Notes under the pieces: generated by a model | What the model saw: the letters and a program-made list of their open reading frames with translations, nothing else | The model's database searches: none | What the model was told of the DNA's origin: nothing | Shown here: positions 40,742-49,669 of the stretch, piece after piece | How positions within the stretch are numbered: the stretch's first letter is position 1 | How the letters are laid out: each line of letters starts with the position of its first letter | Program-made: the position numbers and the translations under genes | DNA from: an uncultured Pelagibacteraceae bacterium | GTDB taxonomy: Bacteria; Pseudomonadota; Alphaproteobacteria; Pelagibacterales; Pelagibacteraceae | Direction of reading: 5' to 3' | DNA length: 64,000 nucleotides | NCBI GenBank assembly: GCA_902519375.1 | Contig: CABYJS010000003.1 | Span: 12,837 to 76,836 of the forward strand

Positions 40742-40815
40742 TTGGGGTGGTTTCAGTCTCCCTCTACCACCCTAAAAAGATAATAAGTGATTCTCAATAA
40801 AACATAAATCGCTTA
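40742..40815. ncRNA. Candidate structured RNA (two hairpins)
   Basis: Locally GC-rich. Stem 40742-40751/40766-40775 with loop ttcagtctccctct, and stem 40784-40792/40807-40815. The G-U wobbles work on the + strand. Confidence 0.45.
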
Positions 40816-40853
40816 ATAATTGAAAAATGAGTTGTTGATAAATATGAAAAAAT

Positions 40854-41174
40854 TTACGGCAGGGGTTCTGGTTCTACAACTTCAGATACTTCAATATTTT
40901 TGATTTTCAAAGTGATAAGAATTGAAGAATCTTCTAAATCATCATGGAATTTCTTTATCAAATTAGTTTTCATTTTTGAAAAATTTTCTTTTTTAACTTT
41001 TAAATTTTTTTTTATGTTTTCTAAAGCTTTATTAGAACTATAAGATAAAGATGTTTGATAAATACTTCCAGACTTAACCCCAGTAATAACAGGGCCCAAA
41101 AGAGCTGTTCCAGGATTAGCTGAACAATTAAGAACTAAAAAGAATAATAATAACAAATAAAAGTTTCTGATCAT
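40854..41174 (-). CDS. Putative lipoprotein (likely start MIRNF at 41174)
   Basis: Hydrophobic signal ending in the lipobox-like LVLNC; C-terminal EVVEPEPLP. Confidence 0.6.
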   Translation of the reverse strand: MIRNFYLLLLFFLVLNCSANPGTALLGPVITGVKSGSIYQTSLSYSSNKALENIKKNLKVKKENFSKMKTNLIKKFHDDLEDSSILITLKIKNIEVSEVVEPEPLP

Positions 41175-41373
41175 AGATATGTGACACATCTATATGATTC
41201 TTAATTAATACAAATTGTTTTTTTATTCTTTTACAAAAATCAATTACACGTTTAAATTGAAATATTTTTTAGATAAAAATTTAACTCAATATTACTCAAT
41301 AAAAAAAATTTTTTAACCCAAATTTAACACTCTAAATGTATTAAAAAATCAATTTCTATTTTAACTTTTTGCA

Positions 41374-42480
41374 ATGAAAAAAAATAAGAAAAAAATTAAT
41401 TCTAAAATTATCGAAAATATAATTTCTATTCCTAAAGATTTAAATTTATCTCCTATTAAAGTTTTTTCTAATACCAAAAAAAAGGTAAAAAACTTTTATA
41501 GTGAATTTAAGAAGGTTCGTGAAAGAGAAAAAATCAAATCAGAAAAAAGGGAAAAAGTTGAAAAAAAAAGACAAGAACTTCAAGAGCGTAAAAGAGTCAA
41601 AAAAGAAAAGTTAGACAAATTGCGTGAAGAAAAGCGTAAAATTTTGGCCCAACAAAAAATGATCACAGAAAATGAGAAACAAATTAGAAAAAATGAAGAA
41701 AAAAGAAAAAAAATAGATACGAAAAGATTAATGATTGAACAACAAAAGATTAAAGATGCTGAGGCTAAAAAAATAAGAGAGGACGCTCGTTTGCTCAGGG
41801 AAGAAGAACTTAGAATGAAGATGGCAGAAAGAAAAAGAATTAGAGAGGAAAAAATAAAGATTAAAGAAGAACAAATAAGATTAAAAGAAAATGAAAAACA
41901 AAAAATTAGAGAAGAAAAAGAGAAAGAGAGAATAGAAAAAAATAGAATTTTAGAGATTGAAAAACAAAAAAGGTTAGATGAAGAACAAAGGATAAGAGAA
42001 GCTTCAAGAAAATTAAAATATGAGGAGGAAAGACTAAGAGAAACAGAGAATAGATTAAGAAACCTAGAAATAGAACGAAAACAAGATATTGAGAGACAAT
42101 TGCTAAAAGAACAAGCAGAGCAAAGAGAAAAAGAAGAAGAACTTAGACTAAAGGAAGAAAAGATTAAAGCTGAGGAACGAGATAAAGTATTAAGAGAAAA
42201 AGAGGAATTTCAAAGACAAGAAGAAGAGAGACGTGAAGAAGAAAAAAGAAAAAAAATTGAAGAGGAAAATCAAATTGCTTTAAGAGAAGAAATTGAAAAT
42301 AAAAAAAGAATAGAAGAGGAGAATAACAGAATTAAAGAATGGGAGAAGAAGTTTGATGAAGAACAAAGAAAAAAAGAAGATGAATTGATTAAAAGATTTT
42401 ACAGTCAAGATTCTGATCTTCATCCCGATAAAAATAATACTAATGAAGATAACAATAATGATGAAAATAAATCTAGTTAA
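41374..42480 (+). CDS. E/K/R-rich coiled-coil or single-alpha-helix protein
   Basis: About 290 residues dominated by E, K and R, with no Pro or Gly in that stretch. Confidence 0.7.
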   Translation: MKKNKKKINSKIIENIISIPKDLNLSPIKVFSNTKKKVKNFYSEFKKVREREKIKSEKREKVEKKRQELQERKRVKKEKLDKLREEKRKILAQQKMITENEKQIRKNEEKRKKIDTKRLMIEQQKIKDAEAKKIREDARLLREEELRMKMAERKRIREEKIKIKEEQIRLKENEKQKIREEKEKERIEKNRILEIEKQKRLDEEQRIREASRKLKYEEERLRETENRLRNLEIERKQDIERQLLKEQAEQREKEEELRLKEEKIKAEERDKVLREKEEFQRQEEERREEEKRKKIEEENQIALREEIENKKRIEEENNRIKEWEKKFDEEQRKKEDELIKRFYSQDSDLHPDKNNTNEDNNNDENKSS

Positions 42481-43253
42481 TTTATTATTGCTTTAACAGA
42501 ACCTAATTTTTCAATATATCCTTTATAAATACCTTTCCCTTTTATAGGTACAACTCCCACTGTAGAACCAGTGAAAACCCAAAAATTTTTGTCAATATTA
42601 ATTTTATCTTTCTTAAGTTTATTAAGAACAAACCTTAATGAATTTAGAGGATTTATATAAACAGAATTTGTATTTCCATCAACATTTAGATTAATTTTTT
42701 TGTTACTTATATTTGTTCTCAAATTACCAATATTTATCTTTTTGTATTTTTTTTTATTTCCTAAAAGGAATTTTACATTTGCACCAAAGTCACTACATAA
42801 ATCTCCAAAAGATGTTATTCCCTTTTTTCTTTGTCTATAACCCACAACTTCAATACAAGTTGCCATATTTAAGATATGTCTAGAAATATTTTTCATTGTT
42901 ACTAAACCCTTTGATGTAAAGAAAGTTTTTTTAACTTGATAGCAAACTTCAAGTTCAATACCTAAAGTTGATTTATTTATCTTTACTTTTTTTCCACTTT
43001 TTAAAATATTTTTTTTATAAACAGATGCATAAAAAGGTTCTTTTTCATTTAATTTCTTTATTAAAGGAATACCCGTTCCTGCTGCTTTAAAACCTATTAT
43101 TGGTAGTTTGATTTTACTTTCACAAAGTTTTCTGAATTTTTCGGCCTCAATAAGTTTTTTTGAAAATTTTCTTGGTATTGGAGTGATAATCTTATTTTTT
43201 AAAAAAGCATTTACCAGGTTGTCAGCAGTTTTTTCGATTAATGTTTTTCTCAT
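42477..43253 (-). CDS. Fumarylacetoacetate hydrolase superfamily (2-keto-4-pentenoate hydratase-like)
   Basis: GFKAAGT, IELEV, CIEVV, SDFGAN, NPLNSL, VFTGS. Confidence 0.75.
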   Translation of the reverse strand: MRKTLIEKTADNLVNAFLKNKIITPIPRKFSKKLIEAEKFRKLCESKIKLPIIGFKAAGTGIPLIKKLNEKEPFYASVYKKNILKSGKKVKINKSTLGIELEVCYQVKKTFFTSKGLVTMKNISRHILNMATCIEVVGYRQRKKGITSFGDLCSDFGANVKFLLGNKKKYKKINIGNLRTNISNKKINLNVDGNTNSVYINPLNSLRFVLNKLKKDKINIDKNFWVFTGSTVGVVPIKGKGIYKGYIEKLGSVKAIIN

Positions 43254-43259
43254 ATAAAG

Positions 43260-44015
43260 TTAATAAGGTAAAAAAATAAAGTTTGTAAACAATTTCATAT
43301 TCTTTAATTCTGATGTTTTTTTTAAATTATTTTCATCATAAAAATAAGAGTTATATCCAAGCCCATTTATATAATCAATTGAATGATGGATATTTTTTTT
43401 TGAATGCCGCTCTTCAATTTCTACTAATAAAACAGGCTTATTCTTTTTAATAAACAATTTTCCACCCTCAATTACCTCAATTTCATGACCCTCTACATCT
43501 ATTTTCATAAAAGAAATTTCATTATCAAAATTGAAATCATCAATCTTTTTTAGGGTAATTTCAAATTTTTCATAATTTTGAAAGTTATTCAGTTCATGTA
43601 CCGTTGCTCGACCCATTAAATAATGTTCTTCATAATTTTCTTTGTTCATTTTTTTATCTCTAATTGGAATTCTTAAATTTGAAACCTTATTTTCATTACT
43701 TAAAGCAAAATTATACAAGTCAATATTATTTGAGATCTTTTTTAAATTTTTATTTATATATTTAAAAATTAGTGGATTTGGTTCAAATGAATGAACTTTT
43801 TTAGAATACTTTGACATTTCATAAGAATAAACACCTCTATATACTCCAACGTCAATACTGTCAGTACCTGGTTTGATAAATCTTTTTAGTAAGTCTATTT
43901 CATTTTCATCTTTATTCTTAATCGATCTTTCTAATCTTCTTTTTAACAAAACAGGTTCAGGTAAAAAAAATTTTTTTAAAAAAAACTCAATTTCTTTGTG
44001 AAATTTAAATCTCAT
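43260..44015 (-). CDS. FkbM family methyltransferase (likely start MRFKF at 44015; track start 44060)
   Basis: IDVGVYRG, SFEPNP, MKIDVEGHEIEV. Confidence 0.9.
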   Translation of the reverse strand: MRFKFHKEIEFFLKKFFLPEPVLLKRRLERSIKNKDENEIDLLKRFIKPGTDSIDVGVYRGVYSYEMSKYSKKVHSFEPNPLIFKYINKNLKKISNNIDLYNFALSNENKVSNLRIPIRDKKMNKENYEEHYLMGRATVHELNNFQNYEKFEITLKKIDDFNFDNEISFMKIDVEGHEIEVIEGGKLFIKKNKPVLLVEIEERHSKKNIHHSIDYINGLGYNSYFYDENNLKKTSELKNMKLFTNFIFLPY

Positions 44016-44821
44016 TAATTTATCAATATAGACATAGGATCTAATCTTGTTTGAAACCAATTGACTCTAAAATCTAAATGAGGACCTGTCGATCTTCCTG
44101 TAGATCCAACTGTACCGATGATATCTCCTTGTAAAACTTCATCACCCACTCGAACATTGAGTTTATCTAGATGTGAATATATTGTAGAGATGCCATGACC
44201 GTGATCCATTATTATTGTTCCCCCTGTATAATATAGGTCTGGTTCTGCCATTGTAACGATACCTGATGCAGATGACTTGATCTCAGTGCCTTGATTTGCT
44301 GCGATGTCTATACCGTAATGTGGCCACCTGGGTTTACCGTTTAAAATTCTTTGGCTACCATAAACTCCACTTATAATACCTTCAACAGGCATTATGAATT
44401 TATTTTTGAAAAAAGGAAGGTCTGAATTTATTTGTCTAGCTTTTCCAATTTTGATATTTTCATCTTTAATTCTCTTATACACAGATTCTGGCGGAGTTAC
44501 TTTGTTTTGTGGAAGACCATTTATTCTTTGTATATTATATTCTCTTTTGAATACTTTTTTTGTAATGAGTTCTTTTTTTCCATTTATAAGCTTTACTATA
44601 CTTACATCAAGTTTTCTGTCACGATCTAATCCAAAAACAAAATAACCATCTTTAGATACTTTAACTTTTTTTTTATCAATTAAAATTTTGGCAGAAGGAT
44701 CTGTTAAGCCAACTATATAATGACCTTGTAAAAATTTACCTTTGAATTCAATTGAATTTGCTAACGAAGAAGAAAAAAAAATTAAGAATGATAAAATCTT
44801 GATTATTATTTTGCAGTCCAT
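44015..44821 (-). CDS. M23 family metallopeptidase
   Basis: HYGIDIA, DHGHG, YSHL, GSTGRSTGPHLDF. Confidence 0.9.
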   Translation of the reverse strand: MDCKIIIKILSFLIFFSSSLANSIEFKGKFLQGHYIVGLTDPSAKILIDKKKVKVSKDGYFVFGLDRDRKLDVSIVKLINGKKELITKKVFKREYNIQRINGLPQNKVTPPESVYKRIKDENIKIGKARQINSDLPFFKNKFIMPVEGIISGVYGSQRILNGKPRWPHYGIDIAANQGTEIKSSASGIVTMAEPDLYYTGGTIIMDHGHGISTIYSHLDKLNVRVGDEVLQGDIIGTVGSTGRSTGPHLDFRVNWFQTRLDPMSILIN

Positions 44822-45573
44822 CCACCATCTACCAATAATGAAGTTCCAGTGATTATTGAAGCTGCTTCAGAAGCTAAAAAAACTGCAGCAGTAGCTACGT
44901 CTGATAGTTCTGCAAACCTACCAAGTGGTATATTGCCCAAAACTTCTTTTTTAAACTTTTTACTTTTTAAAAATTTTTTAGTCATAGGTGTCACAACGAA
45001 TGTAGGACATACAGTATTTACTCGTATGTTGTATTTTGCAAGGTCTATAGACATTCCTTTAGTAAGACCCTCTAGGCCAAATTTTGTCATATTATATACA
45101 CTCCTAATAGGTCCACCTACATGACCCATTTGTGAAGACATGTTCACTATGGAGCCACCAATTTTTTTACGGTTTTTTGTTTTTATCATTTTAAGAGCGC
45201 ATAATTGAGCAAGATTAAAAGTTGCCATTGAGTTGATCTTAACCAAATACTCCATATCTTTAGTTTTAACTTTTGTAAAATGCTCAGGAATATTATTTCC
45301 TGCGTTATTGATTAAAATATCTATTTTTGATTGTTTGTTTATTATCTCTTTAATTTCATTATAATTAGTAATGTCACAGACGTAAGATTTACATTTTGAC
45401 CTAAGTTTTCTAATTTTTTTTGAAACTTCATCTAAGTCTTTTTTAGTCCTACTGATTATTATAAGATTTGCGCCCGCCTCGGCTAATGCAATTGCACAGG
45501 CTCTTCCTATACCTTTGCCAGCACCTGTTACAACTGCGTTTTTATTTTTAAGATTATAATTTTTTAAGAACAT
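44806..45573 (-). CDS. SDR oxidoreductase, HpsO-like
   Basis: TGAGKGIG, NMSSQMGHVGG, YNMTK, VCPTF, LLVDGGWTA. Confidence 0.8.
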   Translation of the reverse strand: MFLKNYNLKNKNAVVTGAGKGIGRACAIALAEAGANLIIISRTKKDLDEVSKKIRKLRSKCKSYVCDITNYNEIKEIINKQSKIDILINNAGNNIPEHFTKVKTKDMEYLVKINSMATFNLAQLCALKMIKTKNRKKIGGSIVNMSSQMGHVGGPIRSVYNMTKFGLEGLTKGMSIDLAKYNIRVNTVCPTFVVTPMTKKFLKSKKFKKEVLGNIPLGRFAELSDVATAAVFLASEAASIITGTSLLVDGGWTAK

Positions 45574-46166
45574 TATAAAAATAATATTTTAATATCTGTG
45601 TAAATCAACTCAATAGCGACAATCAAAATAGCAAATAAACCAGCCCATGCTATCCATTTGTATTTTTTGATCCAATTCGAAATTAAAGTTGCTGCAGTAG
45701 CCATAAGTATAATAGATAAAACTAAGCCAAATACTAATAAACCGTAGTGGTTGCCAGCAGCTCCAGCAACTCCCAAAACGTTATCTAAACTCATTGTAAA
45801 ATCAGCTAATAAAATAGTCCAAATAGCTTTTAAAAAACTTGAGTTATCAACCTTAATGTTGTCCTCGTGATCAGTACCTTTAATGACATCTACATAAAGT
45901 TTGTAGACTATATAAAGAAGTAGTAATCCACCTAATAATCTTAGACCAGTAAATTGTAATAAATATGCTGTAAATAAAGTTAAAATTATTCTTAATATTA
46001 CTGCCCCGCTAATACCCCAAAAAATAATTTTTTTTCTTTGTTCTAAAGGAAACTTAGATGCAACCATTCCAATAATAATTGCATTGTCTCCAGCCAAAAC
46101 TAGATCAATTAAAATGATTTGAGTTAAAATAGTTAATTGTTCAGGAGAAAATAAATCAATTGGCAT
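45573..46166 (-). CDS. TerC/YjbE family membrane protein
   Basis: IDLVLAGDNAIII, ADFTMSLDNVLGVAG. Confidence 0.9.
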   Translation of the reverse strand: MPIDLFSPEQLTILTQIILIDLVLAGDNAIIIGMVASKFPLEQRKKIIFWGISGAVILRIILTLFTAYLLQFTGLRLLGGLLLLYIVYKLYVDVIKGTDHEDNIKVDNSSFLKAIWTILLADFTMSLDNVLGVAGAAGNHYGLLVFGLVLSIILMATAATLISNWIKKYKWIAWAGLFAILIVAIELIYTDIKILFL

Positions 46167-47760
46167 TACTTCCTAGTATCATATCTGCGCCTTTTTCCGC
46201 AATCATTATTGTGGGTGCATTAGTGTTACCAGATGTGATATTAGGCATTATAGATGCATCTATAACTCTTAAATTTTGTAAACCATGAACTTTAAGCTCA
46301 TCATTAACTACAGAATTTTCATCGTTTCCCATTTTACAAGTGCCAACAGGATGAAAAATGGTTTGAGTAAATTTACTTCCTTCTTGAACAAGTTCTTCAT
46401 CTGATTGAAAACTAGACCCAGGTCTAAGCTCCTCAGGATTATATTTTTTAAATGTTTCGGTATTGAACACAATATCTCTTACCAGTCTTAATCCATCAGC
46501 AGCTACTTTTCTATCATCATCAGTTGATAAATAGTTCATTTTTATTTTTGGTTTTTCTCTACTATCGCTACTAATTATATTAATTTCTCCTCTACTTGTT
46601 GGTCTTATGTTTGCAACCGTTGGAGTAAATGCATGAAAATCATGTAGTGCAGCACCCCCAAGCTTATCAGTGCTTATAGGCTGAACATGAAATTGTAAAT
46701 TTGGAGTATCTCTTGATGTGTCACTTTTTGCAAATAAACAAAGCTGACTTGCACCCATTGTCATTGGTCCAGACCTATTAAATATAAACTCTAAACCAAT
46801 CAATAAATTTCCAAATAAACTATTTATCTTTTTATTTAGTGATTTAATGTTTTTAACTTTATAAACAGGTCTAAACATTAAATGGTCCTGCAAATTTTGG
46901 CCAACGCCTTTTAAATCTTTAATTGTTTTGATTCCTAACTTTGATAATTTATCAACATTTCCTACACCGGATGTTTGTAAGATTTGAGTAGACCCAATAG
47001 ACCCAGCACTTAATAAAATTTCTTTATTTGCACTGACTACATTGGTCTCATTGCCTTTCCAAAAAGATACACTAACAGCCTTAGTTCCATCAAAGTTTAT
47101 TTTTTCTACATGACAATTTGTTTCAATCTTTAAATTTTTTCTTTTTTTAATTGGATTTAAATATCCGACAGCAGCACTACATCTTAGACCGTTTCTTTCA
47201 GTAACTTGAAAATAACCACAACCAAAATTATCTCCTTTATTAAAATCATCAATTTTTGGAATTCCTTTCTCTTGAGCTGCATCCATAAATCTTTCCAATA
47301 GATCTAACTTAATTCTTGGATCAGATACTGACAAAGGACCATCATCACCATGGAAATCACTTTTACCTCTTTCTTGATTTTCTGATTTAATAAAATATGG
47401 GAGAACATCTTTCCAACTCCATCCTTTATTGCCCAATTGACGCCAAATATTATAGTCTTGTTCTTGACCTCTAATATATAAAAGTCCATTAATAGATGAA
47501 CTTCCTCCTAAAGTTTTTCCTCTTGGATATGGAATAGATCTATTTGCCATAGTATCATCTGGCTCTGTTTTATAACACCAATCAACTTCAGGATTATGCA
47601 TTGTTTTATAATAGCCAACTGGTATATGAATCCACGGATTACTATCTTTACCTCCTGCTTCTATTAATAAAATTTTATTATCAGGATTTTCTGAAAGTCT
47701 ATTAGCTAGAACACATCCAGCTGAACCTGCTCCAATAATTATGTAATCAAAATTTTCCAT
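46156..47760 (-). CDS. GMC-family flavoprotein oxidoreductase (choline/alcohol dehydrogenase-like)
   Basis: GAGSAGCVLANRL, PRGKTLGGSSSING, VGQNLQDH, FHPVGTCKMG, SGNTNAPTIMIAEK. Confidence 0.9.
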   Translation of the reverse strand: MENFDYIIIGAGSAGCVLANRLSENPDNKILLIEAGGKDSNPWIHIPVGYYKTMHNPEVDWCYKTEPDDTMANRSIPYPRGKTLGGSSSINGLLYIRGQEQDYNIWRQLGNKGWSWKDVLPYFIKSENQERGKSDFHGDDGPLSVSDPRIKLDLLERFMDAAQEKGIPKIDDFNKGDNFGCGYFQVTERNGLRCSAAVGYLNPIKKRKNLKIETNCHVEKINFDGTKAVSVSFWKGNETNVVSANKEILLSAGSIGSTQILQTSGVGNVDKLSKLGIKTIKDLKGVGQNLQDHLMFRPVYKVKNIKSLNKKINSLFGNLLIGLEFIFNRSGPMTMGASQLCLFAKSDTSRDTPNLQFHVQPISTDKLGGAALHDFHAFTPTVANIRPTSRGEINIISSDSREKPKIKMNYLSTDDDRKVAADGLRLVRDIVFNTETFKKYNPEELRPGSSFQSDEELVQEGSKFTQTIFHPVGTCKMGNDENSVVNDELKVHGLQNLRVIDASIMPNITSGNTNAPTIMIAEKGADMILGSNAN

Positions 47761-47894
47761 TTCAAGTTGAATTAGTTTTTTTTATCACCAATTATTTATT
47801 GCTTTTATACTCATATTTATCAATTGTCACTTGTGTCTCCTTTATTTTTCTGGTTGTATGCTTTCGTTATAATTAACTAACTAGAGGAAAAATA

Positions 47895-48986
47895 ATGAAA
47901 AAAATCATTTCAATGTTATTTGCAACAGTTCTAGTACTTGGATTTGCTTCTAGTGCTAATGCAAAAACACTTAAATGTCAGACTGTTCTTAACACCAAAG
48001 CTGATGAAGTTAAGATGTTAAAGGACTTTACTGACACTGTAACAACTCTTACTGATGGATCATTAAAATTTGAAATTTTACCAGCGGGTGCGGTTGTTGG
48101 AGTTAAAGAAACTCTTGATGCAGTTGATAAAGGATTGATTGACTGTGGATTCGCTTGGACTCACTATTGGTCAGGAGATCATCCTGCTGCTATGTTATTT
48201 GGTTCGCCAGTAGCTGGTGGTGGAGTTGGTATTGACAACTTAGCGTTCTTATCTTGGTTCCAATACGGTGGTGGTAAAGAATTATACGACCAACTTTGGA
48301 AAGAAATGGGAAGAGATATCAAAGGATTTATGCTTCAACCAGTTGGACCAGAAGCTTTGGGTTGGTTTCCGAAACCAATTAAAGATATGGCTGACTTTAG
48401 AAAATATAAATTCAGAACTCCTCCAGGGATTCCAGGACAAACTTATAAAGACATTGGTATAGCATCTGTTGCTATGGGTGGTGGAGATATTCTACCAGCT
48501 CTTGAAGCAGGAACTATTGATGCTGCTGAATGGTGTTGTCCAAAACCAGATATGGTATTTGGTTTCCAAAAAGTATTAAAGCACTATTACCTACAAGGTT
48601 TACACCAGGTAGTGGTAAATGCTGACTTTTATATTACTGGAAAAACTTACAAAGCTATGAGTGCTCATGAGAAGAAGTCTCTTGAAGTTGCAGCTAATGC
48701 TTCATTAGCAAAATCTTTAAGTTACAGAATCTATGAAAATGGAAAAGCTTTACAAACATTAACTACTAAACATGGGGTAATATTAGAAGATACTCCATCT
48801 GACTACTTCGTAGAATATATGGCAGCTGCAAAAGCTACATTGAACAAAAATGCTGAGAAAAATAAATTTTTCAAAAAGGTATATGATTCAATGAAAGAAT
48901 TTGCTGATGTTGCTGTTCCTTTCTGGAGTGGTGCTCAAATGTCTAATGCGAAGCTAGGAATGGCTCACGCAGCAACATTAAAGTAA
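47895..48986 (+). CDS. dctP: TRAP substrate-binding protein (TakP/monocarboxylate-like clade)
   Basis: Signal peptide, PAGAVVG, HYWSG, FRTPPG, LEAGTIDAAEW; SD TAGAGGAA. Confidence 0.9.
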   Translation: MKKIISMLFATVLVLGFASSANAKTLKCQTVLNTKADEVKMLKDFTDTVTTLTDGSLKFEILPAGAVVGVKETLDAVDKGLIDCGFAWTHYWSGDHPAAMLFGSPVAGGGVGIDNLAFLSWFQYGGGKELYDQLWKEMGRDIKGFMLQPVGPEALGWFPKPIKDMADFRKYKFRTPPGIPGQTYKDIGIASVAMGGGDILPALEAGTIDAAEWCCPKPDMVFGFQKVLKHYYLQGLHQVVVNADFYITGKTYKAMSAHEKKSLEVAANASLAKSLSYRIYENGKALQTLTTKHGVILEDTPSDYFVEYMAAAKATLNKNAEKNKFFKKVYDSMKEFADVAVPFWSGAQMSNAKLGMAHAATLK

Positions 48987-49008
48987 TCAGTAATTAATAT
49001 AAATTCAC

Positions 49009-49043
49009 TTAGAGCGGACTTTTGAGTCCGCTCTAATTTTTTT
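49009..49043 (+). terminator. Perfect 12-bp stem-loop with U-tract after dctP
   Basis: ttagagcggact-tttg-agtccgctctaa-ttttttt. Confidence 0.85.
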
Positions 49044-49054
49044 AACTAAATTTT

Positions 49055-49669
49055 ATGACAGAAGAACCATCTAAATTAGATATACCAGATGAAATGTTAG
49101 CCGAAAGGCGAGGTGGTTTAAAGAAAATGCCAGACGATATGCCATCATGGATGGTATCAACTATTATTAAAATAGATAAATTTAGTAAGCAGGTTGGAAA
49201 CGTAGTTTGTTGGATATTAATACCTTTAATATTTGCAATGACTTATGAAGTACTTGCTAGAAAATTTTTTTTAGCTCCTACAATTTGGGCATACGATATA
49301 AGTAGATTTTTATATGGGGCCTTATTTATGCTGGGCGCTGGTTATGCGCTCTCTAGAGGAGTGCATATTAGAGCTGATTTTTTATATAGAAATTTTAAAA
49401 CCAAAACACAAGGCTTAATAGATTTTTGGTTGTATCTAATATTTTATTTTCCTGGATTGATTGTTTTTCTTTATATGACAATTGGGTTTGTAGGTGAGTC
49501 TATCCAAAGAGGTGAGAGAGGTATGGATACAACATGGATGCCCTATATGTGGCCTATTAAAACTTGTTTGTTAATTGGAATTATATTTTTACTTGTCCAA
49601 GGTATATCGGAGTTATTAAAAAGTTACTGGGCAGCAAAAAAAGGTGAGTGGCCAGGAGAAAATAAATGA
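49055..49669 (+). CDS. dctQ: TRAP small permease
   Basis: YEVLAR, PTIWAYD, HIRADFLY, QGISELLK. Confidence 0.9.
   Translation: MTEEPSKLDIPDEMLAERRGGLKKMPDDMPSWMVSTIIKIDKFSKQVGNVVCWILIPLIFAMTYEVLARKFFLAPTIWAYDISRFLYGALFMLGAGYALSRGVHIRADFLYRNFKTKTQGLIDFWLYLIFYFPGLIVFLYMTIGFVGESIQRGERGMDTTWMPYMWPIKTCLLIGIIFLLVQGISELLKSYWAAKKGEWPGENK

Noticed and set aside
40742-40815. Match to a known riboswitch (SAM-II/SAM-V, glycine, TPP)
   Set aside because: I could not find their conserved cores by eye; kept only as an unclassified candidate RNA pending an Rfam search
41374-42480. Possible tandem DNA repeat or TolA
   Set aside because: The repetitiveness is compositional (GAA/AAA/AGA codons) without exact units; there is no TM anchor or TolA C-terminal domain
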